This document shows, piece after piece, positions 20,157-30,863 of a stretch of 64,000 nt of DNA. Position numbers and translations under genes: made by a program. The notes below the pieces were generated by a model. It saw only the letters and a program-made list of their open reading frames with translations. It searched no databases and was not told where the DNA came from. This DNA comes from an uncultured Solirubrobacteraceae bacterium. GTDB taxonomy: Bacteria; Actinomycetota; Thermoleophilia; Solirubrobacterales; Solirubrobacteraceae. Each line of letters opens with the position of its first letter. The stretch's first letter is position 1. The DNA lies in assembly GCA_963716355.1 (NCBI GenBank), contig OY970308.1, forward strand, positions 1,707,433 through 1,771,432. The letters are read 5' to 3'.

Positions 20157-20756
20157 ATGTCAACCACGACCCGTGAGCGAATCGTCGACGAGGCGATGCG
20201 CCTGTTCAGCCAGAACGGTTATGCCGCGACGAGCATCACCAAGATCGAGGCCGCGGCCGGGCTCACGCCCGGGGCGGGGGGCATCTACCACCACTTCGCA
20301 AGCAAGGAAGCCGTGCTCGCCGCCGGCATCGAGCGCCAGCTGGGGCGACTGAGCGCGCTCCGCGACATCCGGCGCGTGCTCGGATCGCTGGGTGACCTGA
20401 AAGCCGAACTGACGCTCACCGCTCGCTACGTGCTCGCTGAGCTGGACAGCGAGTCCGAACTGCTGCGCATCCTCGCCTCCGACGCGCGCAGTCGACCTCA
20501 GCTGCTCACCTCCGCGGTGGAGCAGCTCGTGAGCTCCACGTTCGCGGGCTTCGCCACGTGGATAGCCGAGCGCGCCGAGCGCGACATGTCGGCCGAGCAG
20601 GCGTCTGCGATCGCGGTCTTCGGGCTCGGGTCGCTGCTCTCCTCGCGCCTGCTGCGCGACGTCCTCGGCATCCCTGCCCAGGTGGACGACGACGCGTTGG
20701 TCGACACCTGGGTGCAGATGATGGCCGCGGCCCTGTGCGATCGGCCCCTCGTCTGA
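20157..20756 (+). CDS. TetR/AcrR-family regulator
   Basis: RERIVDEAMRLF..GY..AGLTPGAGGIYHHFASKE. Confidence 0.95.
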   Translation: MSTTTRERIVDEAMRLFSQNGYAATSITKIEAAAGLTPGAGGIYHHFASKEAVLAAGIERQLGRLSALRDIRRVLGSLGDLKAELTLTARYVLAELDSESELLRILASDARSRPQLLTSAVEQLVSSTFAGFATWIAERAERDMSAEQASAIAVFGLGSLLSSRLLRDVLGIPAQVDDDALVDTWVQMMAAALCDRPLV

Positions 20757-20850
20757 TCGGCGCCATGGGACTGCTACAGCACTGAAGTCTCCAGGCGCCT
20801 GGTAGCTGCCGCTCTTGACTCTTCCACGGCATCCCGCGAGGATCTCCGCC

Positions 20851-21978
20851 ATGGCTCTGCTTCGGAGGCTCGGCGCGGCGATAGTCATGAGTCTTCTGCC
20901 GTTCGCGAGCGGCGTTGCGAATGCTACGGCGGTCACAGTTAGCAAAAACTTCACCTACACCGGTGGCGAGCAGACCTACACCGTGCCTGCGGGCGTCACC
21001 AGCATCCAGGTCCTCGCTGTCGGAGGACGGGGAGGCAATGGAAATGGGCCGCTCGGCGGTGCTGCGGAGCAGATCACCGGGCAACTCAGCGTCACCCCGG
21101 GAGAGATGCTCTACGTCGAGGTGGGCGGCAGCGGCGGAGAAGGGGTCGAATTCGCCCGCAGTGTCAGCGCCTTCAACGGCGGTGGCGCTGGCGGTGTCCG
21201 CGCAGGAGGCGGTGGTGGTGCCTCAGACGTACGCACGGAACCGCGCTCCGTCGGGCTGTTGCCAGACTCAAGACTCCTAGTGGCTGCCGGGGGTGGTGGC
21301 GGTGGCGCCACAGGGGGCAGCGCGGGCGGGAAAGGCGGTGCAGCCGGCGAAGCGGGCGAACAATCCGAAACAGAAAACCAGGGCGGTGGCGCGGGCCAGC
21401 TCGAAGCCGGAGGCAAAGGCGGGTCCGGCTGTGGCGAAAACGGCTTTGCGGGTTTGCTGGGCATCGGAGGGAATGGCGGCTACGGTGCCGGTACCACCAA
21501 CAGCCCGGGTGGCGGTGGGGGTGGCGGCGGTCTCTTCGGCGGCGGTGGAGGCGCGGGATCTTGCGGTGGGTCAGGTGGCGGAGGAGGAGGCGGTGCGTCA
21601 CTGGTCCCGTCTGGCGGCAGCTCGACGCATTCCTCTGAATCGCCTCACGTCCAAGTCTCCTACGTGGTCCCCGTCCGTGGACTGGAAGTCCTCACGGGTG
21701 GCGCCACAGGCATCGGTCGTACGGTCGCGACGCTGAACGGGACGGTGCGACCCGGAGGGCGTCCCGTGACCAACTGCCACTTCCAGTACGGCCCCACCCT
21801 CGCTTATGGCTCGGAGTTGCCGTGTACGCCATCCCCTGGAACAGGCGACTCCCCGGTGGCGGTGTCTGCGCTCGCGTCGGGCTTGACTCCAGGCACCGTC
21901 TACCACTTCCGCATCGTCGCTAGTAGCTCGCTCGGCACGAGCTACGGTGGCGCACGTGACTTCAAAACACTCCCCTGA
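20851..21978 (+). CDS. Secreted glycine-rich protein with a C-terminal FN3-like domain
   Basis: Signal peptide; FTYTGGEQTYTVP, GGGGGASDVR and LLVAAGGGG motifs; ATLNGTV..YHFRIVA. Confidence 0.8.
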   Translation: MALLRRLGAAIVMSLLPFASGVANATAVTVSKNFTYTGGEQTYTVPAGVTSIQVLAVGGRGGNGNGPLGGAAEQITGQLSVTPGEMLYVEVGGSGGEGVEFARSVSAFNGGGAGGVRAGGGGGASDVRTEPRSVGLLPDSRLLVAAGGGGGGATGGSAGGKGGAAGEAGEQSETENQGGGAGQLEAGGKGGSGCGENGFAGLLGIGGNGGYGAGTTNSPGGGGGGGGLFGGGGGAGSCGGSGGGGGGGASLVPSGGSSTHSSESPHVQVSYVVPVRGLEVLTGGATGIGRTVATLNGTVRPGGRPVTNCHFQYGPTLAYGSELPCTPSPGTGDSPVAVSALASGLTPGTVYHFRIVASSSLGTSYGGARDFKTLP

Positions 21979-22052
21979 GGGATCGTCGGCTCCCGATTGA
22001 CGTGCTGGCGACAGCCCGGCGCTAGTCACGGACACGTCGCTACCGTACCCCC

Positions 22053-22916
22053 GTGCGCGTAGCCACCTGGAACGTGAACTCCGCCAAGCAGCGGGTGCCG
22101 CGGCTGCTGCCGTGGCTGGACGAGCGCAAGCCCGACGTGGCGTGCCTGCAGGAGACGAAGCTGACCGACGAGGCGTTCGAGAAGCTGCTCGGCGGCGAGC
22201 TCGCCGACCGCGGCTACGAGTTCGCCCACCACGGCCAGGGGCAGTGGAACGGCGTGGCGATCCTCTCGCGCGTGGGGCTCGAGGACGTGGTGGCGGGGGT
22301 CGCGGGCGCGCCGGGCTTCCCCGACCCGGAGGCGCGCGCGGTGGCGGCCACGTGCGGCGGGGTGCGCGTGCACTGCGTGTACGTGCCCAACGGCCGCGAG
22401 CCCGACTCCGATCACTACCGCTACAAGCTCGCCTGGCTCACAGCGCTGCGCGAGATCGTCGCCGCGGGCCCGAGCGACGCGATGGTGTGCGGCGACATGA
22501 ACATCGCGCCCGCCGACGCGGACGTGTTCGACCTCGACGCGTACGTCGGCCAGACGCACGTCACGCCGCCCGAGCGGGCGGCGCTGGCGGCGCTCCACGA
22601 GTTGGGGCTGCGCGACGTGGTGCGCGAGCGCTGGCCGCAGGAGCGCGTGTTCACCTACTGGGACTACCGCGCGGGCATGTTCCACCAGGACCTCGGCATG
22701 CGCATCGACCTGATCCTCGCCACGGCGACAGTCGCCGACAGGGCGCGCGCCGCGTGGGTCGACCGGCAGGCGCGCAAGGGCGCCGGCCCGAGCGACCACG
22801 CCCCCGTGATCGTGGATCTCGACGAGGCGCCCGACGGCGACATCGGGCCGATGGTGCCGCCGCCGTCCGCCCCCGCGGCCAGGCGCGGCAAGGCGAAGCT
22901 TCCGCAGGCGCGCTGA
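22053..22916 (+). CDS. xth: Exodeoxyribonuclease III
   Basis: ATWNVNS, LQETK, YVPNG, GDMNIA, RIDLIL and SDHAPV motifs. Confidence 0.95.
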   Translation: MRVATWNVNSAKQRVPRLLPWLDERKPDVACLQETKLTDEAFEKLLGGELADRGYEFAHHGQGQWNGVAILSRVGLEDVVAGVAGAPGFPDPEARAVAATCGGVRVHCVYVPNGREPDSDHYRYKLAWLTALREIVAAGPSDAMVCGDMNIAPADADVFDLDAYVGQTHVTPPERAALAALHELGLRDVVRERWPQERVFTYWDYRAGMFHQDLGMRIDLILATATVADRARAAWVDRQARKGAGPSDHAPVIVDLDEAPDGDIGPMVPPPSAPAARRGKAKLPQAR

Positions 22917-22925
22917 CGACGAGCG

Positions 22926-23378
22926 TCAGCCGGCGCCCTCGACAACGCGCTTCAGCTCTCCGGGCCGTCCGTTGACGAAGATCGCGCGTGTGGCGGCCTC
23001 GACGGGTCCACGGATGAGCACGCCGAGGACGCGCCCGGGGTCGGCGTCGAGGCTGAACGTCGCGCGCGTGCGCCCGCCGCCGAGGTCCTCCAGCTCCCAC
23101 GAGCCCTCCACGGACTTCATGTCGCCCTTCTCCTGAGTCCAAGCCAGGCGCGTGGGCCCGTCGTAGCGGAAGCGCACGCGCGCCTTCACGCGCCTGACCT
23201 TGATGTCGCTCTCGGTCTCCACCAGCGTGGGGCGCCCGGCGTCGTCGTGCTCGAGCGCGGTCATGCCGTCGAGGCCGCCCTGCCAGTCGGGCGCTGTGAG
23301 GACGTCCTCCACGACCGCCCACACGTCCGCCAGGGGCGCGTCGATGTCCTCGCTTGCGGTGCCGCCAAGGTGTCCCAT
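22926..23378 (-). CDS. SRPBCC/polyketide cyclase-family protein
   Basis: IDAPLADVWAVV..PDW; GSWEL. Confidence 0.85.
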   Translation of the reverse strand: MGHLGGTASEDIDAPLADVWAVVEDVLTAPDWQGGLDGMTALEHDDAGRPTLVETESDIKVRRVKARVRFRYDGPTRLAWTQEKGDMKSVEGSWELEDLGGGRTRATFSLDADPGRVLGVLIRGPVEAATRAIFVNGRPGELKRVVEGAG

Positions 23379-23528
23379 CCGGAGCCCTCGATGCTACCGC
23401 TCCCCAACCCGCGCGCCGCCCAAAACAAGAAACTGGCCGCGGAGCCAATTTTTCCCGTTGCGCCCCCTCTGCTCCTGTATCGTGGATTTCACGGACGGTG
23501 AGCCGCGCGAGCGAGGGAGCGGAGACGG

Positions 23529-25177
<1,649 letters not shown>

Positions 25178-25199
25178 AGTCGACGAAAGGCGGGCTGAA

Positions 25200-26061
25200 G
25201 TGAACGTATCGCCGCGCGCGATCCACCATCTGAACTGCGGCACGCTGTGCCCGCACGGCGCGAAGCTGCTGACGGGCACGGGCGGCCTGCTGGCAGACGC
25301 GCGCCTGGTGTGCCACTGCCTGCTGATCGAGGGCGCTGAGGGCCTCGTGCTGGTGGACACGGGATTCGGCCTCGACGACACGCGCAATCGGCGCCAGCTG
25401 GGGCGTGTGTTCAACGCGTTCGTGCGCCCGCAGCTGCACGCGTCGGAGACCGCGATCGAGCGCATCCGCGCGCTGGGCTTCGACCCGGGCGACGTGCGTC
25501 ACATCCTCACCACGCACCTGGACCTCGACCACGCGGGCGGCCTGCCGGACTTCCCCGACGCGGAGGTTCACCTGCTCGGGCGCGAGCTCGACGAGGCGCA
25601 TTCACCCGGGCCTGCGCGACCGCCTGCGCTACGTCTCCGCGCACTGGTCGCACGGCCCCACATGGGTGCGCCACGAACGTGGAGGGCGAGGAGTGGTTCG
25701 GCTTCGACAGCGTGCGCGTCCTGCCGGGCAGCGACGCGGAGATCCTGCTCGTGCCGCTGCCGGGTCACACGCTGCGGGCACGCGGGCGTGGCGATCAGGC
25801 GCGGGGATGGCTGGCTGCTGCACTGCGGAGATGCCTACTTCCACCACGACGAGGTGAAGACGCCGCCGCGCCGTCCGCCTGGTCTGGCGCTGTTCGAGTC
25901 GATAAATGAGGTCGACGGCGCCAAGCGCCGCGCCGAATCAGGAGCGCCTGTGCGAGCTCGCGCAGCGCCATGGCGAGGAGGTGGAGCTGATCTGCTCACA
26001 CGACGCGCCGACGTTCGACCGTTGCTCAGCCGCCGCCGCCAGCGCTCTCGCCGGCGGCTGA
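25200..26061 (+). CDS. Metallo-beta-lactamase-fold hydrolase; frameshifted
   Basis: THLDLDHAGG, PGHT, GDAYF and CSHD motifs. Confidence 0.85.
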
Positions 26062-26843
26062 CGCGCGCCTCGCGCACGAGTCCGGCGCATGCCCCTTCAG
26101 CCAGCGCTCGGGGTCGGAGCCCTTCAGCGCGAGGAAGCCCGCGACGTTCTCGTGCGGCAGGATCAGCAGCCGCTCCGCGCGGATGCCCTCGACGACCGCG
26201 TCGGCGACGTCCTCCGGTTCGATCAGCCCGCCGGCCATCAGCGCCGCGGCGCCGGCGGGCTCGTCCATCGCGAGGTCGAGCATCGGCGTGCGCACCCCCT
26301 GCGGGCAGATGCACGACACGCGCACGCCCGCTTCGGCGTATTCGATCGACATCCACTCGGCGAGCGACACGGCGGCGTGCTTGGTGACGCTGTAGACGAG
26401 CGATGAGACCTGCGTGAGCAGGCCCGCGGCCGAGGCCGTGTTGATGAGGTAGCCCTCGCCGCGCTCGAGCATCTCGGGCAGCAGCGAGCGCGAGGCCCAC
26501 ACGTGCGCCATGACGTTGACGCGCCACGCTTCGTCCCATGCCTCGTCGGCCGTCTCCGGCCCGCCCATGCCGCCGGGCACGCCCGCGTTGGAGATGAAGA
26601 CGTCGATCGGCCCGTTCGGCCGCGGAGGCCTCGTCGATCAGCGCGCGCACGCTGCTCTTCGCGCCCGCGTCGAGCTCGACCGCCAGGCCGCCCACCTCAG
26701 CGGCGATCGCGCGCGCGCCGTCCAGGTCGCGGTCGGCGACCACGATCGCCGCGCGGGCCCTCGGCCGCGAAGCGGCGGATCAGCGCCCGGCCGATGCCGC
26801 CCGCGCCGCCGGTGACGACCACGTGCCTGTCCGCGAGCTCCAC
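26026..26843 (-). CDS. SDR oxidoreductase; frameshifted
   Basis: [12 protein letters not shown] and YSVTK motifs. Confidence 0.85.
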
Positions 26844-26863
26844 GTCCCGTACTCTAGGGCCCC

Positions 26864-27364
26864 GTGACGCACGCCGACGAGATGTTGAGGGTCGCCAGGG
26901 AGCGCGCCGAGCAGCTCGCCGCACGGGGGCTCAGCCCGCGTCCGCGCCGTCGCGTGGCCGTGCTCGCGTGCATGGACACGCGGCTGGATCTGTTTCCCAT
27001 GCTCGGGCTCGAGCGCGGCGACGCGCACATCATCCGCAACGCCGGCGGCCTCGCCACCGACGACGCGCTGCGCTCGCTCAGCGCCTCCCAGCGTCTGCTC
27101 GGCACCGAGGAGGTCGTCGTTGTGATGCACGAGAACTGCGGGCTGCACGGCGCCTCCGAGGACGAGTTCGCCCAGGCGCTCGCCGCCGACGGCGTGCTGC
27201 CCGACTGGCGCCTCGGCGCGTTCGAGGACGTCGACGCGACGCTTCGCCACAGCCTCGCGCGGCTGCGCTCCAGCCCCGAGCTGATCGCTCGCGATCGCAT
27301 CCGCGGGTTCGTGTTCGACCCCGAGACGGGGAGCCTGCGCGAGGTGGAGCAGCCGCCCGCCTGA
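26864..27364 (+). CDS. Beta-class carbonic anhydrase
   Basis: ACMDTR, RNAGG and HENCG Zn-ligand motifs. Confidence 0.92.
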   Translation: MTHADEMLRVARERAEQLAARGLSPRPRRRVAVLACMDTRLDLFPMLGLERGDAHIIRNAGGLATDDALRSLSASQRLLGTEEVVVVMHENCGLHGASEDEFAQALAADGVLPDWRLGAFEDVDATLRHSLARLRSSPELIARDRIRGFVFDPETGSLREVEQPPA

Positions 27365-27379
27365 CCGACGTGGGGAGCG

Positions 27380-27964
27380 TCAGGGGTTGGGGCGCTTGGG
27401 GTACTCGTGCACCGACACCAGCCGCACCGGGCCCTCGATCACCCTGTAGGTGTGGGGGCGGTCGGTGCGGAAGCTGATCAGATCGCCCTGGCTGATCTGC
27501 TCGCAGAATGTGTCCGTCGAGACCTCCACCGTCCCCACCGCGACGGTGACGTGCTCGAACATGCCGCTCACGTGCGCGCCCGCGTGACGCACGGCGCCTT
27601 CTTCGAGCACCAGCGTGTAGATCTCGAACAGGTCGCCGTCGGTGCGCGTGAGCAGATGGCGCACGATCAGTCCATCCGTCTCCAACCCGGCCTGATCCAC
27701 CGCCACGACCGCCGCGTCGCACTCGCGCACCACCGACATGTCGTCCGCGGGCGAGTCCTCGTGGAAGAGGCTCGAAAACGGCACGTTCAGCGCGGAGGCG
27801 AGCGCCCACACCGTCTCGATCGACGGGTTGCCGTGGCCGCGCTCGATAAGCGACACGGTCGACTTCGCGATGCCCGCCTCCGCGGCGAGAGCCGTAAGGG
27901 TGATCCCGCGGGTCAGCCTCAAGCGGCGCAGGTTGCGCGCGATCGGAAGAACGGCCGCTTTCAC
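27380..27964 (-). CDS. XRE-family regulator with cupin domain
   Basis: AGIAKSTVSLIERGHGNPS HTH; H..E..PHTY cupin. Confidence 0.9.
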   Translation of the reverse strand: MKAAVLPIARNLRRLRLTRGITLTALAAEAGIAKSTVSLIERGHGNPSIETVWALASALNVPFSSLFHEDSPADDMSVVRECDAAVVAVDQAGLETDGLIVRHLLTRTDGDLFEIYTLVLEEGAVRHAGAHVSGMFEHVTVAVGTVEVSTDTFCEQISQGDLISFRTDRPHTYRVIEGPVRLVSVHEYPKRPNP

Positions 27965-27969
27965 CAGTC

Positions 27970-28008
27970 AAGTTCTATCGCATTGACGCGTGCGTCTAGA
28001 TAGAACTT
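27970..28008. promoter_or_regulatory. Putative operator
   Basis: AAGTTCTATC-N19-GATAGAACTT inverted repeat between the regulator and the dehydrogenase. Confidence 0.6.
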
Positions 28009-28074
28009 CTGCGGGTTTTTACCGGTGTTGACGACCGCGACGGGGAACCGGGCAAGTAGTAGGCTGGCGCCGCG

Positions 28075-29109
28075 ATGCGCGCGGTCACCTTCCAAGCCCC
28101 CGGCATGGTCAGCGTCGAGGAGCGTCCCGAGCCGGAGCTGCTCGACTCCACCGACGCGGTCGTGCGGATCGAGGCGACGGGCGTGTGCGGCTCGGACCTG
28201 CACATCTTCCACGGCCGCGTGCAGATCGAACCGGGCTTCACCATCGGCCACGAGTACGTCGGCACCGTCACCGCCGCGGGCGAGGACGTCACGCGCGTGG
28301 CGGTCGGCGATCGCGTGCTCGGGTGTTTCCAGACCGCCTGTGGCACGTGCTGGTTCTGCAGGCGCGGCCTCTTCCAGCGCTGCGAGCAGTCGCGCACGTT
28401 CGGCCACGGCGCCACGCTCGGTTCGCTGCAGGGCACTCAGGCGGAGATGGCGCTCGTGCCGCACGCCGACCTCGTGCTCAGGCGCGTGCCCGACGGCATG
28501 AGCAGCGACGTGGCGCTGTTCGCCGGCGACGTCATGGGCACGGGCTTCCACGCGATCGACGCCAGCGGCATGCGCCCCGGCGACGTCGTCGCGGTGCTCG
28601 GCCTGGGCCCCGTTGGGCTGTGCGCGGTGCAGGCCGCGCGCGCATGCGGAGCCGCGCACGTGTTCGCGATCGACTCAGTCCCCGATCGCCTCGGCGTCGC
28701 CGAGGCCTTCGGCGCGCAGCCCGTGCACCTCGGCGAGCAGGACGCCCGCGCGCTCGTGCGCGGCGCCACCGAAGGGCGCGGCGTGGACGTGTGCATAGAT
28801 GCGGTCGGCGACCCCAAGGTGCTCGAGAGCGCCATCCGCCTCACGCGCGCGTGCGGGTCCATCCAGTGCATCGGCGTGTACGCCGAGCGCGCCGAGGTCC
28901 ACATGGGCCTGCTGTGGCTGAAGGCGATCACGCTGCGCGGCGGTCACGCCAACGTGCTCGGCCACGTCGATCGCGTGCTCGCGATGATGGACGCCGGCGT
29001 GCTCGATCCATCGGCGCTCGTCACCCACCACATGAAGCTGGACCAAGCGCCCGACGCCTACGCGATCTACGATCGTCGCGAGGCGCTCAAGATCGTCCTC
29101 ACGCCCTGA
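28075..29109 (+). CDS. Zinc-dependent alcohol dehydrogenase
   Basis: CGSD, GHEYVG, CGTCWFC..C and GLGPVG motifs. Confidence 0.95.
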   Translation: MRAVTFQAPGMVSVEERPEPELLDSTDAVVRIEATGVCGSDLHIFHGRVQIEPGFTIGHEYVGTVTAAGEDVTRVAVGDRVLGCFQTACGTCWFCRRGLFQRCEQSRTFGHGATLGSLQGTQAEMALVPHADLVLRRVPDGMSSDVALFAGDVMGTGFHAIDASGMRPGDVVAVLGLGPVGLCAVQAARACGAAHVFAIDSVPDRLGVAEAFGAQPVHLGEQDARALVRGATEGRGVDVCIDAVGDPKVLESAIRLTRACGSIQCIGVYAERAEVHMGLLWLKAITLRGGHANVLGHVDRVLAMMDAGVLDPSALVTHHMKLDQAPDAYAIYDRREALKIVLTP

Positions 29110-29161
29110 CGTCGTAGGCGGCCTCCTCGCCGCGCGGGCGTTGGCCGACCTGGCGAGAAAG

Positions 29162-29257
29162 TGCGCCCGGAGGGAATCGAACCCTCGGCCTGCGGCTTGA
29201 AAGACCGCTGCTCTTTGGCTCCCCGAAGAGAACCGTTGACCACTGAGCTACGGGCGC
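29162..29257 (-). tRNA. Atypical tRNA, anticodon UUC (nominally Glu), hairpin-expanded D-loop
   Basis: GCGCCCG/CGGGCGC acceptor, GCTC/GAGC D-stem, GCGGT-CTTTCAA-GCCGC anticodon arm, GAGGG-TTCGATT-CCCTC T-arm; CCA not encoded. Confidence 0.85.
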
Positions 29258-29757
29258 GCGTTTTGGATTTCTATCGACTCTATCGGCCGAACGCGGACGA
29301 TATCTAAACCGGCGCCCGGCGGTGACGCGCCTTGCACGCGTCGATGCGCCATTCGCCGCCTGGTGTCTCCCACTCCGCGTCCATTCTGCGGCCTGCGAAA
29401 CCCCAATGTCCGCGGGCGACTTCAGAAAGTCATCCAAGTCGGTTAAGTTTGACATTCTGCGTAAAACGTGATTTATATGTCTGCAACGGGAACGGCTGTG
29501 ACCGACTGGAGCGTGTTCTACGACCAGCTGGTGCATCCGTTCAAAGGGGACAGAAAGGCCTGAATGATGGGCGAAAGGTCAAGCAAGAGGCGAGACCGGG
29601 GGCACGATCCGCGGGAGCGCGCGCTGCGCAGCGCGGCCCTCGGGCTCATGCCTGGCGCCACTTCATTTGGAACGAACTCGCGCGCTCACGTTGTCCAACT
29701 TGGACAAGTGGATGCCCGCGGGTCGATGCCGGGTCACGGAACGAGGATGGGGGACCG

Positions 29758-29949
29758 ATGGAGATGAGATTGCTTGACGGCCACGAGCAGCGGATGCTGC
29801 GCGCGCTGCACGGCCGCTGGCCGTACCGCCGCTCGCACTGCCGCCACGACCTGCACTGGCTGGTGCGGGTGCAGGCTCACCAATGCTGGTGCGCGACCCC
29901 GCGCACCCACGCGATGTCCGGCCTACGCGCCCACAGCCGCAGGCCGTAG
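29758..29949 (+). CDS. Small His/Cys/Trp-rich hypothetical protein (63 aa)
   Basis: Purine-rich RBS, GC-ending codons; HCRHDLHW..HQCWC. Confidence 0.4.
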   Translation: MEMRLLDGHEQRMLRALHGRWPYRRSHCRHDLHWLVRVQAHQCWCATPRTHAMSGLRAHSRRP

Positions 29950-30822
29950 CAGCGCCTGATCGCAGATCGCGTCGATCAGCCGCGGCCAGATCGCGCGCGG
30001 CAGGTCGTGGCCCATGCCCTCGATCTTCATCAGCTGCGCGCCCGGGATCGCACGCGCCGTCGCCCGTCCGCCCGACGGGCGCACGAGCGGATCGGCGGTG
30101 CCGTGGATGACCAGCGTCGGGTCGGTGATCCGGCGCAGTTCCGCCGTGCGGTCGCCCGAGGCGATGATCGCCGCCAGCTGCCGGCCCGGCGCCGTCCGGG
30201 TCGTGGTCGCGGTCGTAGCTGAGCTCTGCCAGCGCGCGGATCTCGTCCAGGTCCCGCGGCAGGCCGGTGCGAGCCGATCGCGCTCGAACAGGCGCTCGGC
30301 GTGCTCGATGAACGCCTCGCGCTCCGCGCGGCGCGCGGCGCAGCAGGCCGGGTAGATGCGCAGCGCCGGCTGGCCGCTGCGGCGGCTGCCCGTGTTCGAC
30401 ATGATCGAGACGAGCGAGCGCACGAGCGTCGGGGTGGCGGGCCGCGAGCGTCTGGGCGATCATCCCGCCCATCGACGCGCCGATCACGTGCGCCGGAGCC
30501 AGGTCCGAGCTCGCGCAGCAGCCCGGCCGCGTCCTCGGCCATGTCGGCGAGCGTGTAGCTGCGCGGCGCGCTGCGAGCGCAGCAGCAGCTGAGCGATCGT
30601 CGGCGGCGCGCCGTCGACGTGCGTCGAGCGGCCGATGTCGCGGTTGTCGAAGCGCACCACGTGCAGGCCGCGGGCGGCGAGCTCGCGGCAGAAGTCCTCG
30701 TGCCAGGCGACCATCTGCGTGCCCAGGCCCATCACCAGCAGCGCCGTCGGATCGGCGGGCTCGCCGAACGTCTCGTAGCAGAGGGTGATTCCCCGGCCGA
30801 CGTCGCAGAACTGCTCTGACAC
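29923..30822 (-). CDS. Alpha/beta hydrolase; frameshifted
   Basis: [22 protein letters not shown] and GMGHDLP motifs. Confidence 0.88.
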
Positions 30823-30863
30823 GATCCGCCGACTCTAGCGGCCCGCGTCGGTAGGATCGAGCG

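Noticed and set aside
29197-29203. Reading the odd tRNA as UCA (Sec/opal suppressor)
   Set aside because: The 7-nt loop CUUUCAA centres on UUC; there is no long variable arm or extended acceptor stem
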